Positions 24,056-33,612 of a stretch of 40,997 nucleotides of DNA are shown here, in pieces. Under the pieces are notes generated by a model. The model searched no databases. It was given only the letters and a program-made list of their open reading frames with translations, and was not told the DNA's origin. The position numbers and the translations under genes are program-made. Each line of letters opens with the position of its first letter. Position 1 is the first letter of the stretch. The stretch lies in UHGV virus genome UHGV-0384088; one strand, given 5' to 3'. Source of the stretch: a virus.

Positions 24056-26843
24056 GACTTCGTTCTCCTTTCAGTCTCATCCTCATACTCTCTCGACTCT
24101 CCAGCTCTTTCTGCGTAAATTCCGCCGTAACTCGTGCTGCTTCTCTTCCGTTGTACTCAACTGGAACAACGATTGTGTATGTAGTATTCCGGTTATAAGA
24201 ATAATCACCGGAAAGTTCAGAATCCAAAGCACCTGAAGCTCGCATTCTCATGTCTGTGGATAATGTTGGGATCTCCACAATGTTCTGCGTAGCTTCTGCA
24301 ACCTTTCTGGACATCGACTCAATTCCAAGCGCAAATCCCTCTCCTACATAGGCGCCCAGCCCCGCAAATACTCTTGACGGACTGTGGATTTTTGCTTTTG
24401 CCCTGACTGCAGCATCTGCAGCCGCAGCCATTTGCGCCGCAACTGATCTGATATATCCTAAGGTTGCCGACATACCATCCGCAAAGCCTAACCCTATGTT
24501 GTATCCGCTACTGTATGCGCCGCTTGCACCGGAAGCCAGGGATGATAATACTGCAGATACAGTTTTGGTTGCGACTGCCTGTGTCGGCTGTAGTCCGTTC
24601 TGTACGCCCTCTTTTGCACTGTCCCCAAGTTTCCGTCCAGAGTTTCTCGCTTTTCCTGCGCCGTTGTCAAATGCGCTTACAATAGATTTCACCGCACTTT
24701 TCGCCTTATTACCAAGCGCATCTAGCCCATCATTTACAATGCTTACAGAATCTTTCATGCTGGTAATGGATTTCTGCGCTGTCTTTGCATTCTTAGCAAT
24801 GGACTTCATACTGGAATTTACCGCCAATAGCGCCGCAGCCATTGCAAGTACACCAACACACGCTGCTACCATTGCGACGCCGAATGCTACCACTCCGACT
24901 GTGACACCAAGTACTGCAACACCTACCGCAAGCAATCCAACCGCGAGAACCGTGCATCCAACTCCTGCCACAATCGTACCAGCTCCAAATACCGTCATTG
25001 CAGCACCTAACGCCCCGATAGCTACAGATGCCTGCAATCCATACTCAGCAACAATCGGAAGTACACTTGCCACGATCGCAAGGCCTGCGCTCGCAAGCAA
25101 TACTGCCGCTCCAACAAGTGCCGCAGCCACACCGAATGCAATCAAACCAACAGCTCCTGCTGTAAGGACGGGAGCCACTGCAGCCGCTACGACCATCAAT
25201 CCACCAATTGCTACGATCAGGCCGAACATCACTGCGATTGCAAGCGGTCCTGCATTCGCCAAGGAAATTGCGGACATAGTTAATACGGCGATTCCGGCCG
25301 CTGCCAAAACAACAGCTGCGCCGAATGCAACAAATCCGGCTGCGCCAGAAGATAATGTCGGAGCTACCATTTTTGCAACAATCAAAAGACCTGCAATCGC
25401 CGCCACCATTCCAACTAAAACTGCAACCGCTAAAGGACCCGAGTCCGCTACTGCCTTTGCCCCCTGGGAAAGCAGGAAAAACCCTGCACTAATCAGAGCG
25501 ACACCTGCACCGAGCATCATAAACGCTTTCGCTGATTCCATAGTGCTTTTCACACTTTCTTTGCTCGACACGCCGACTTCTTTCTGCCCTTTGGAAATCC
25601 CAAATAATTTTCCGGCAATTTTGCTGATTCCTTTACCGGCAAGACCGGCAATTGCACTGGTAAATGCACCTACAAATGGAGCAACGCTTTTTGCAATCTT
25701 AAAGCCTTTATATGCAACGATTAGTTTTGGGAGTTCAGTGATCACTCTCGCAATGATATCTGCATGCTCTTCCAAGAATCCTGCAAACGCTTGGAGCGCA
25801 TCCCCAGCTCCTTGAATCGCATCGCGGAACCCGTTCACGCTCTCTGTAGAGCCAAATGCTGGAATAAGTTTTCCAAGTTCTTTTCGGATTGCTCCAAATG
25901 CATCCCCAAAAGCCACAGAAACTTGAGAAGCCTCTCTTTTTAAGATTTTCCAATAGGATCCCAAGCGAATCATTGTTGCTGGAATCCAAGTCTGCAATCT
26001 GGAAAACACGCTTTCTACTTTTCCGTTAAATTGATTGATCGCATCCACAGCCTTACCTTTAACAAAAGAATCGTAAATGGACTGCATTCCGCTTGTCACC
26101 GTTGCTTCAAGGTTTCCCATTGCTCCTTCGAATGTCGTAACTGATTGCGCGGCTTCTCTTGCCATATCTGTCATCCCTATATTGTTCATCGCCTGCCCCA
26201 GAAGATCGGCTGTGATAGCTCCATCTTCCATTGCCTGTTTAAAATCCTCTCCTAAAATCGGATTCAATTTAATCAATTCTTTTCTTAATCCACCGGCAAG
26301 CTGCGGACTCGCATTGACGATCTGGTTCCAATCCTGCGCATGTAAAGCGCCAGATGCCATCGCCTGTGAAAATGCGAGTGCAACACTACTAAACTCCTGT
26401 GCGCCACCACCGAATACAGCAACTGCATTTCCAACGGATTCCGTTAATTTCTCTGCGTCTTTAACCCCATTTGCAGACAGAGATCCAAAGGTTGACATTA
26501 CATCCTGCAAAGAAAAGACTGTTTTATCAGCATAGGTCTTTAACGTTCCTGTTGCACCTGCGATTCTCTGTATTTCATCCTCAGCGTATCCGCTAAACCT
26601 CATAGCCTGTTGGAGTTTCTGCATTGCATCCGATGTGTTGATCGTTTCTTTGGTTAACCCAGAAAGGCTTCCGGACACGACAGATACAGCTTTTTGTCCA
26701 ATTGCCATCATTGCTCCAAAGCCAATCCCACCCATAAGTGTACTTTTTAACTCTTTGGCTGACTTTGTGGCTGCTCCGAAAACAGATTTGAACCCCTTAT
26801 CCTGCGCAGATAATATTGCCTTCACGGAAAAACTTTCTGCCAT
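24048..26843 (-). CDS. Tail tape measure protein
   Basis: 931 aa; helical N-region, long Gly/Ala-rich multi-TM central segment, position after G/GT chaperones. Confidence 0.85.
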   Translation of the reverse strand: MAESFSVKAILSAQDKGFKSVFGAATKSAKELKSTLMGGIGFGAMMAIGQKAVSVVSGSLSGLTKETINTSDAMQKLQQAMRFSGYAEDEIQRIAGATGTLKTYADKTVFSLQDVMSTFGSLSANGVKDAEKLTESVGNAVAVFGGGAQEFSSVALAFSQAMASGALHAQDWNQIVNASPQLAGGLRKELIKLNPILGEDFKQAMEDGAITADLLGQAMNNIGMTDMAREAAQSVTTFEGAMGNLEATVTSGMQSIYDSFVKGKAVDAINQFNGKVESVFSRLQTWIPATMIRLGSYWKILKREASQVSVAFGDAFGAIRKELGKLIPAFGSTESVNGFRDAIQGAGDALQAFAGFLEEHADIIARVITELPKLIVAYKGFKIAKSVAPFVGAFTSAIAGLAGKGISKIAGKLFGISKGQKEVGVSSKESVKSTMESAKAFMMLGAGVALISAGFFLLSQGAKAVADSGPLAVAVLVGMVAAIAGLLIVAKMVAPTLSSGAAGFVAFGAAVVLAAAGIAVLTMSAISLANAGPLAIAVMFGLIVAIGGLMVVAAAVAPVLTAGAVGLIAFGVAAALVGAAVLLASAGLAIVASVLPIVAEYGLQASVAIGALGAAMTVFGAGTIVAGVGCTVLAVGLLAVGVAVLGVTVGVVAFGVAMVAACVGVLAMAAALLAVNSSMKSIAKNAKTAQKSITSMKDSVSIVNDGLDALGNKAKSAVKSIVSAFDNGAGKARNSGRKLGDSAKEGVQNGLQPTQAVATKTVSAVLSSLASGASGAYSSGYNIGLGFADGMSATLGYIRSVAAQMAAAADAAVRAKAKIHSPSRVFAGLGAYVGEGFALGIESMSRKVAEATQNIVEIPTLSTDMRMRASGALDSELSGDYSYNRNTTYTIVVPVEYNGREAARVTAEFTQKELESRESMRMRLKGERSHV

Positions 26844-26847
26844 GCCA

Positions 26848-27162
26848 TCACTCTCCTTTCATCATTCTGCCGATTATGTCCAATCTTTCGTTTTTCTTCT
26901 TGCGATTCTTCACACGATCTACTTCTTTTTCGTAATCAAAAAACTTTCTGAATCTCTGATAAACTGGTTTAGTCTTATTCTTTCCGACCTTTTTCTCTGC
27001 TTTCACAGCAAAATTTAGGAACGCTTGCAGATGATTTCGATAGTCCCTGTCTACTTCTCTTAGCTGCACAGCCTCCATGAGCAGGGTGTATTCTGGAATT
27101 GTCAACCTATCCACTTCTTCAAAGCTCTTAAAGCCAAGATATCGGAAACAATTCAACGCCAT
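26848..27162 (-). CDS. Tail assembly chaperone, GT-type extension (likely expressed by -1 frameshift from upstream G-like gene)
   Basis: Frame is -1 relative to 27186..27611 and stays open back across its 3' end. Confidence 0.45.
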   Translation of the reverse strand: MALNCFRYLGFKSFEEVDRLTIPEYTLLMEAVQLREVDRDYRNHLQAFLNFAVKAEKKVGKNKTKPVYQRFRKFFDYEKEVDRVKNRKKKNERLDIIGRMMKGE

Positions 27163-27185
27163 CTCTCTGTAGGATTCTTCAAAAT

Positions 27186-27611
27186 CTACATCATCAGCTC
27201 TCTCTTCTTCGCTTCTTCCTCTTCCATTCTCTGTTTCTCTTTCTCCACAGCGTCCACGATCTCGTCCGTAGCTTTTTTCGTAGCATTGGCACTCTTCAAG
27301 AAACCCATTACTGTTTCTGTAAGTTCATCAATATCTGTGTCCTCATCGTCGATATACTCATCTAAAAGGCCTCTTGTCACTCTCGGATTCTGCCCTTTAT
27401 TCGCAACATCAAGAATGTTTACCAGCGCATCCGGATCACCATTCACTAAGTTCATAAGCGCATATCGGAATCCTACGTCTTTTTTTACTCCCGGCAATCC
27501 ATCCACAGGCATATTCGTCTGCTTGTTGATCTCTCTTAAAAATCCCATTCCGAATTTAAACTGGTACACCTGTCCGTTAATTGTTAATTCCATCATATTT
27601 TTTACCTCCAT
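27186..27611 (-). CDS. Tail assembly chaperone (gpG-like)
   Basis: 141 aa acidic protein between major tail and tape measure; acidic C-terminus. Confidence 0.55.
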   Translation of the reverse strand: MEVKNMMELTINGQVYQFKFGMGFLREINKQTNMPVDGLPGVKKDVGFRYALMNLVNGDPDALVNILDVANKGQNPRVTRGLLDEYIDDEDTDIDELTETVMGFLKSANATKKATDEIVDAVEKEKQRMEEEEAKKRELMM

Positions 27612-27717
27612 TAAAAGAGAGCGGTCTCGCCGCCCTCTATGTACATGATCTATTCTTTTCCTACTTTTGCCTTTCCTACTTTACCTCTGCCGATTAAGGC
27701 TACATCGTCAGAGGGCA

Positions 27718-28245
27718 TTATTCCCCCTCTTTCACGCTGTCCTTAAACACATAAGCTGCTACTTCCTGCTGCTGTGCAGTTACAGTAACATCCCCTCGTT
27801 TTCCAGAGCCGTTAACACCAAAAGTAAGAGACACCTCTACATTTTCATCTGCCGAGGATATGATCTCAAATTCCGTGAGATATCCCTGGAAATACATGCC
27901 CTTAAACTTATTCGGACCAGGTTCTGCCGGATCCTCAAGGTTTGCTTCCCAGATTTCAAGCAACTCATCCGAATCCATCGCGTCCTCTAACTCGGAGATT
28001 AACTTATCTTTCTTCGCAAGGATAGCAGTGGCCGTGATTTCTGTTTCCGCAGCCCCAGGTGTACGAATCGTTCCATCCTTCGTTGCTGTAGAGTCTGCAT
28101 CCTTGCTTTTTGTTCTTCCATTTTCTGTCGTAAACGCAAGATTTTTCGCAGCCTCTTCTTTGGCTTTTCCTGCAAGTCGGTACAAATAGACAATTTTCTT
28201 GCCAGATACCGCCTCTGCAAATAACTGTAAACCTGTCTTAAACAT
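27718..28245 (-). CDS. Major tail protein
   Basis: 175 aa; position; N-terminus MFKTGLQLFAE carries the same LQLFA motif as scaffold and capsid. Confidence 0.65.
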   Translation of the reverse strand: MFKTGLQLFAEAVSGKKIVYLYRLAGKAKEEAAKNLAFTTENGRTKSKDADSTATKDGTIRTPGAAETEITATAILAKKDKLISELEDAMDSDELLEIWEANLEDPAEPGPNKFKGMYFQGYLTEFEIISSADENVEVSLTFGVNGSGKRGDVTVTAQQQEVAAYVFKDSVKEGE

Positions 28246-28259
28246 GCTTTTTCTCCTCT

Positions 28260-28643
28260 CTAACTAAAACTAAATTCTATTTCCAGCAACCCGTGTAAAA
28301 GAGGCTGCTTTGTTGTTGCATCCGGAAGAATCCTCTGATTTACATTCCGGACATCCCATGCAAAATTTTCGGTATGATCCAGTTTTCTGCATGTGGTTTT
28401 GATCGCCAACAGCATTTTTGATACCGTTCCTCTCTGTCTTGGATTGTTGTGCCAAACATGGATTGTCTGATGGACACTGCCAAACACAGCGGTCTTATTC
28501 GCATCATCGATCAATTGGCTGTCTGCGAGATAAACAAAAGGATACGGCGTACCATCCGGCGGTAAGAAGCCGTCATATACGTCATATCCTGATTTTTTTA
28601 TCTCTGTAAGTAATTTTGTAAATAATTCTTGCTGTGGATCCAT
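28260..28643 (-). CDS. Tail completion / tail terminator-like protein
   Basis: 127 aa; position between HK97 gp10-like and major tail genes. Confidence 0.4.
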   Translation of the reverse strand: MDPQQELFTKLLTEIKKSGYDVYDGFLPPDGTPYPFVYLADSQLIDDANKTAVFGSVHQTIHVWHNNPRQRGTVSKMLLAIKTTCRKLDHTENFAWDVRNVNQRILPDATTKQPLLHGLLEIEFSFS

Positions 28644-28646
28644 ATC

Positions 28647-28985
28647 TCACCTCACAAGCTTTTGCAAATCTTTTTCAAACTGTTTCTTTTGCTCCTCAAA
28701 TGCGGGGTTTAAATAGGGTTGGGCTTCCATGAATCTGGTTCCGAGTTCTACATAAGGCGCATACTCAGCTGTTGGTTCGACAGTGGCGGTCATCCCACCA
28801 TCAGAGATGTCAATACCGATACTTCTTTTCAGTGTTCCAGTATCGACTGGAGCATTCCTCTGCGCTTTCTTTTGCATATCTGCCCCGTTTTTCCGTACAA
28901 CTGTCTGCACAGCGCTCATATCCATCCGCTTCTTCAAACCTTTATTCAGCTTTGCGATTCCTTCGATTTTTAACGTAGCCATCAC
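28647..28985 (-). CDS. HK97 gp10-family head-tail joining protein
   Basis: 112 aa; ...NAPVDTGTLKRSIGID...VEPTAEYAPYVELGTRFMEAQPYLNPAFEE typical of the HK97 gp10 family. Confidence 0.6.
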   Translation of the reverse strand: MMATLKIEGIAKLNKGLKKRMDMSAVQTVVRKNGADMQKKAQRNAPVDTGTLKRSIGIDISDGGMTATVEPTAEYAPYVELGTRFMEAQPYLNPAFEEQKKQFEKDLQKLVR

Positions 28986-29284
28986 TGCACCTCCGACACT
29001 ACAAACACATGCTTTGTTCGCAGTTTTCGTTCAAAATCCACTCTGTACACTTTCATTCCAACTCTGATCCGGTGGAATGTTTCTGCATAATGAGTCTGCA
29101 ATTGGATTATAAGACTGCCCTGTTTAATGCTGCCATAAATCAGGTTCATCGTTTCTGTTCCAGTGTCTGAAACACTTCCATACTTCTTCACTTCCGTCAC
29201 GTGGTCATCTGCGTAATCACCAGTCTCTGGATTGTACGCTCCGTGTTCTGCTGTTTGAAAATATATAGCTTTATCATACCTCAT
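28982..29284 (-). CDS. Head closure / head-tail adaptor protein
   Basis: 100 aa; synteny between gp6-like connector and gp10-like protein. Confidence 0.45.
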   Translation of the reverse strand: MRYDKAIYFQTAEHGAYNPETGDYADDHVTEVKKYGSVSDTGTETMNLIYGSIKQGSLIIQLQTHYAETFHRIRVGMKVYRVDFERKLRTKHVFVVSEVQ

Positions 29285-29607
29285 AGGAATCGCACCCTCC
29301 CACGTTTTGCCCCGTCTACAGAGTCAAGATACGCTTGTATCTCGTCCATATAGGCGGAAAAATCATTTTCATTGTACGAAGTGCTTTCTCCAGCCACACT
29401 GTGGGAAGACATGCCCTCAGAGCCAATGCGGTTAAAACGGATCACTGCCACATCCGTAACGATATGCTGCATACTCGATGGCACTTCCATGCCACCGAGA
29501 AGCAGTTTCAAACGATTTCGCACAGATTCCAGAATCAATAAAAGCTTTTCATCAGAATCCCTATCGGAAACATCAATTCCCAGAAGAATTTTTAAATCAT
29601 CCAGCAT
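29281..29607 (-). CDS. gp6-like head-tail connector (DNA packaging/connector) protein
   Basis: 108 aa; MLDDLKILLGIDVSDRDSDEKLLLILESVRNRLKLLLG resembles Phage_connect_1 N-terminus. Confidence 0.55.
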   Translation of the reverse strand: MLDDLKILLGIDVSDRDSDEKLLLILESVRNRLKLLLGGMEVPSSMQHIVTDVAVIRFNRIGSEGMSSHSVAGESTSYNENDFSAYMDEIQAYLDSVDGAKRGRVRFL

Positions 29608-29621
29608 TCAATTTCAACTCC

Positions 29622-30062
29622 TTACGAATTCACCATAACACCAGCAGTTTTTAACGCTGCTAAAGCGGCATTTAATTTTGCCTTAGTCTCGTTAGCAAGT
29701 GCCACTACTTTATTAAATTCTGCCTGTGTTGGATTTGTTGCTGCTGCGTTTGTTGCATCTGCTGCTGAGACATTATCTACTTTCGTAGCCTGTTTTACAC
29801 CACCAATGCTTGTAGATGCCGCAGGAAGAACGTATTTATTCGCCTGTTCTGCAATTCCGTCCAGTTTCGCCTTGTCCTCTTTAGACATCAAACCATCTTT
29901 AGATCCAGCAACTGCTTTAACAAGTTTACCCTCAATCCCGCTGATTTTTGTATCCTGCTGTGTGTTTTTTGTGTCATTTGATGCAACCCCGGACTCAATG
30001 TTGTTCATTGCCTCTTGTGTAATTACTTCATCATTGTTCCATGTCTTTTTCGAATAAGCCAT
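29622..30062 (-). CDS. hypothetical structural protein (146 aa), possible head decoration/fibre
   Basis: Between capsid and connector genes; Ala/Lys-rich, low complexity. Confidence 0.4.
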   Translation of the reverse strand: MAYSKKTWNNDEVITQEAMNNIESGVASNDTKNTQQDTKISGIEGKLVKAVAGSKDGLMSKEDKAKLDGIAEQANKYVLPAASTSIGGVKQATKVDNVSAADATNAAATNPTQAEFNKVVALANETKAKLNAALAALKTAGVMVNS

Positions 30063-30148
30063 TTTTACTCACATCCTTTATTCTGATTTTCCAATTTTCG
30101 CCTTACCGATTTTCCCCCTGCCTACCAAGGCGAGGTCTTCAGGGGGTG

Positions 30149-31075
30149 CTATTCCCCCACTGTCACTTTTACTACCGCCTTTTTATTATCGTTCGGAATA
30201 AATTCTCCAGCCTTACCAGCTCCCTGCAAAGCTACACCGTCGAAATCCTCGGATTCGATTGTTCTCGCTGTGTTAATTCCGGTAAATGCTTTTGCAACTC
30301 CGGCAATATATGCATAGGCGCATTCTTTAGACTGGAATAATTCATCCGGAATCTCCTCTACAAGGAATCCCTTGAACTTCACAACCTCATTGCCATCAAT
30401 GTTTACAGTGGAGTTTTTAGCAGCCGTATTCAAAGGATGATCCACGACGGCATTGTACAGATCGGAACAAACCTTAATTTTTTTCGTTCCAACTGCTTCG
30501 ATGTTATTAAAATACTTAGACAGCTCATTAAACAGCTTTAATACATTGTCTGCCGTATAATCTGTGGCTTTCAAAGACTTTCCGGCAGAATGGGAAATAA
30601 AATTTCCGTGCTGTTTGTTAAACTGCTTTGTCTTAGCCCTCGCCTGCAGTTCCAAGCGATCTGCTACCGCAACGTCAAAATCATTATTCACGGTGTGTCG
30701 GTCAATCCCCTCGTGGTAATTCCATCCCCAAGAGTAATTAACCGGCGTGTTCGCGTAGATAATCTCTTTTCTCTCCCCGAAACGGCTAGAGTTCCCTGTT
30801 CCCGTTCCAAACGCTTTCGTAGCTGTTTTATCGTACCCAGTTCCAACCACAACCGGAATGTCTGATGTTTTTACATAAAAGGCTGTTTCATTTTCTCTGA
30901 CTCCATCCAGTACCTCAAGTTCGCCGACGAAAAAATCCGCGAAATAAGACATCTTTTTAAATACTACCTCTAAAAGGCTTTTAAACTCAAGCTGGTAGCT
31001 TCTTACCGGCATATCATTGTTGTCTCCTGCCGCAAATAACTGTAACATCATAAATTCTTTATTCTTCATCTTCAC
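30149..31075 (-). CDS. Major capsid protein
   Basis: 308 aa immediately downstream of scaffold; N-terminal propeptide-like MKMKNKEFMMLQLFA. Confidence 0.65.
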   Translation of the reverse strand: MKMKNKEFMMLQLFAAGDNNDMPVRSYQLEFKSLLEVVFKKMSYFADFFVGELEVLDGVRENETAFYVKTSDIPVVVGTGYDKTATKAFGTGTGNSSRFGERKEIIYANTPVNYSWGWNYHEGIDRHTVNNDFDVAVADRLELQARAKTKQFNKQHGNFISHSAGKSLKATDYTADNVLKLFNELSKYFNNIEAVGTKKIKVCSDLYNAVVDHPLNTAAKNSTVNIDGNEVVKFKGFLVEEIPDELFQSKECAYAYIAGVAKAFTGINTARTIESEDFDGVALQGAGKAGEFIPNDNKKAVVKVTVGE

Positions 31076-31083
31076 ATTCTCCT

Positions 31084-31659
31084 TTATTTATACTTTGCAA
31101 GCCTCTTTTCGAATTCAGACAACTGGCTTCCTGAGTTCGTCATGGTTTTTGGTGTAGTTCCGGTTGCTCTGGCGATCTCGGCTTTCTTAAGCTGGTATTC
31201 CACGATTTTTACAAGCTTATCAATTTTTGCATTCGTATCATCAGCGTCATTCCCTACAACAAAATCAAGAACATCCTGCGTTGCTTCAATTCCTTTTTCT
31301 GCAAGAATGCCTGTGGCGCTTCTGCTAAGCTCAACCTTTGCAGCCTTCTGCTTCAGTTTTTCATTCTCTTTTTGCAACTTCTCGATCTCGTAATTCTGTT
31401 TCTGCTCAGCATTCATTTTTGCAAGCTTTTCTGCCTCTTCCTTAGCACTCTTTACCGCCTGTTCCTGCTCAGTTTTCCATTTTGCGAATCTTTTGTTTAC
31501 AATCGCATCCACATCCTTGTCTGTGTACTTTTTTTCTTCCCCGCTATCATCAGATGTGTTTTCCGGATTAACACTATCTTTCACCGCATCAGGTTCTGCT
31601 GTATGATCTACGGTTTCTTCTGCAAATAACTGCAGCATTCTAAACATCCTGCTCTTCAT
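31084..31659 (-). CDS. Scaffolding protein
   Basis: 191 aa, highly charged coiled coil (EEAEKLAKMNAEQKQNYEIEKLQKENEKLKQKAAK); N-terminus MKSRMFRMLQLFAEE. Confidence 0.65.
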   Translation of the reverse strand: MKSRMFRMLQLFAEETVDHTAEPDAVKDSVNPENTSDDSGEEKKYTDKDVDAIVNKRFAKWKTEQEQAVKSAKEEAEKLAKMNAEQKQNYEIEKLQKENEKLKQKAAKVELSRSATGILAEKGIEATQDVLDFVVGNDADDTNAKIDKLVKIVEYQLKKAEIARATGTTPKTMTNSGSQLSEFEKRLAKYK

Positions 31660-31741
31660 TTTCTTTACCTCCTAAAAGTTTAATGACATTCTTCATGGTC
31701 CTTTCCCCTAGCTTTTTACGCCTTCAAGACTTGGGCGCGAA

Positions 31742-32029
31742 TTACATAATTGCTACATAATCCGGAAACTCATCGGCAATCGAGCGAATGCCAACGAAAA
31801 AGGAATCCACCAGAGTTTTTGATTTCTCTGACAGATTCCTGTATTCTATCTCAGCCTTTCCGGGAGATATTCTGTATTCTATTTCATCATCCGTTAAGTC
31901 ATCAATCGACTGAATCAGCGTCTGTGTAAGTGCTGTCACAGCTGCACACACAATATCTTTTCCCGGCTCCGCATACCCGGCGTGTCCAGAGATTTTAATT
32001 CGCTCTGGTCGAATTCTCACCTCAATCAA
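31742..32029 (-). CDS. prp: Prp-family cysteine protease (ribosomal-processing cysteine protease Prp/DUF464 homolog)
   Basis: 95 aa; ISGHAGYAEPGKDIVCAAVTAL closely parallels the Prp His-Cys dyad region (GHA....G.DIVCAxV); located in head module. Confidence 0.75.
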   Translation of the reverse strand: MIEVRIRPERIKISGHAGYAEPGKDIVCAAVTALTQTLIQSIDDLTDDEIEYRISPGKAEIEYRNLSEKSKTLVDSFFVGIRSIADEFPDYVAIM

Positions 32030-32086
32030 ATCGCATCACCTCCAAAATGCGCATAAAAATACCATCAGCCCGCTCGACCGATGGTA

Positions 32087-32326
32087 TTACATTGCTTCAA
32101 TTTCTACTTCTTTTACTAGATCGTTTAACGACTTTCCACTATAAAATTTATCATTCATAACTTTATCCACATTATCATACTCTTTCACGTCATCGCCATG
32201 CCACGCTTGATATGTCGGAACATAATTATGAACTTCAACTGTCACTCCAGATGACAATCCTCTGTAAGAGAAAGAAATATCATTGCAACACTCAGATAAA
32301 ATTTGTCTTAATTCATCTTTATTCAT
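32087..32326 (-). CDS. hypothetical protein (79 aa)
   Basis: ORF track; between minor head protein and Prp. Confidence 0.35.
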   Translation of the reverse strand: MNKDELRQILSECCNDISFSYRGLSSGVTVEVHNYVPTYQAWHGDDVKEYDNVDKVMNDKFYSGKSLNDLVKEVEIEAM

Positions 32327-33612
32327 AATATATCCCCATTCTCCTTTCTTTCCTCTTCGCTTAATTCGCGAGTTGTCTTATCCTTCAGTCTGCCGTCTTC
32401 TCCCCATGTATAGTCATGCGCGTGTTCCCCATGATTTCCATAAGGATGCTGCTTAGGATTCCCGTGTGCGGTTGTATGGATATCTTTAAATTTTAATTTC
32501 GACTCTCCATAAAAAGCTCTTACATCTACTTTCCCGTCTTTTCCGATATGGTCTATTACCGCTCCTGCCTCTGCCATTTTAGGCGTTCCAGAATGTCCGC
32601 TGACGGTTTTATCTGCTTTTATTATACCAAACGTAGATTTCTTTTCAACCCTCTTCTTCCAAGTTTCAAAATCCATCCCGTGCTCAGAATACCCGTCCAG
32701 CCATTCATCATACTCTTTATCATCCATATATGCTGCTGTACTGCACCGGCAACGTGGATGCATTGGATGCGCATTCTCTCCTGGCATCATCTTCGATACC
32801 TTAAAATGCTTTCCATCTAAAGCCCGGCAGATCGGGCAGGCGGTAGGTTCTGCGATAAACTCATACTCATCAAATCCATTGCGTACATAAGACTGTTTCT
32901 GCGCTTCTGCCTGCACCCTTGACAGTTCCGTTATCATCAGTCGCTCTGCATTTTCCCGGCTTACTCCAAACAGTTTGGTAAGGTGTCTTGCCAGTGTTCT
33001 TGGATTCTTACCCTGTATCAAACCAGTCTGTAATAGTTTCGACAATTCAGCTTTCAGCATATCTTGATACATCCAAATACGGTCTGAGTATCTCGCATTA
33101 TGGAAAGAAGCGTTCACGATCGAATGTGCCATCTTCGCATTGTTCTGGATGGATTTTCCAAGGATTCCTGCCTGCCGTTCAAATTCTTCCAGTGTTTTCT
33201 CCGTCAGGATCTGGTCAAAATACTTCTGAAGCTCATCAAAACCACCGACAAGATGCATTCCGATATTCGCTTTAAGCATTTCCAATCGATTAATTTTCAT
33301 TGCTGCGTTATAGAGCCGCATTTCCTCATTGGCTTCCTTAGAGAAATTCTTATCCCTTACATACTGTGCTGCTTTTCGACTGTATGCATCAATATCCATT
33401 TTAGATACCCGCTTTTTTGCCTCTGCGATTGTGATCCCTTCTGCTTTTGCATAACGTGTGTAAAATCCATGAATCTCTTTCTGGATTTCATCCATCATAT
33501 TCACATAGATCTTCTCAATCTCTTTCGCGTATTCAGCTTCGTCCTTGATATTCTTCTTCCTCTGTTCTTCTTCCCTATTCTTCCAGTACGTCCTGCTGCT
33601 CATCCGCCGCAC
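32323..33612 (-). CDS. Minor head protein (SPP1 gp7 / Mu F-like head morphogenesis protein) with about 130-aa His-rich C-terminal extension
   Basis: 429 aa; conserved MuF C-terminal motif HPMHPRCRCS; extra C-terminal region GIIKADKTVSGHSG...HGNPKQHPYGNHGEHAHDYTWGEDG beyond the usual domain end. Confidence 0.7.
   Translation of the reverse strand: MRRMSSRTYWKNREEEQRKKNIKDEAEYAKEIEKIYVNMMDEIQKEIHGFYTRYAKAEGITIAEAKKRVSKMDIDAYSRKAAQYVRDKNFSKEANEEMRLYNAAMKINRLEMLKANIGMHLVGGFDELQKYFDQILTEKTLEEFERQAGILGKSIQNNAKMAHSIVNASFHNARYSDRIWMYQDMLKAELSKLLQTGLIQGKNPRTLARHLTKLFGVSRENAERLMITELSRVQAEAQKQSYVRNGFDEYEFIAEPTACPICRALDGKHFKVSKMMPGENAHPMHPRCRCSTAAYMDDKEYDEWLDGYSEHGMDFETWKKRVEKKSTFGIIKADKTVSGHSGTPKMAEAGAVIDHIGKDGKVDVRAFYGESKLKFKDIHTTAHGNPKQHPYGNHGEHAHDYTWGEDGRLKDKTTRELSEEERKENGDIL

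Noticed and set aside
24496-25815. 439-aa plus-strand ORF (Ala/Thr/Pro-rich) and several other long plus-strand ORFs antisense to the tape measure and coiled-coil fibre genes (e.g. 17971..18301)
   Set aside because: They lie entirely antisense to well-supported structural genes in GC/Ala-rich repetitive DNA. They are low-complexity and have no RBS, so they are spurious frame artefacts.
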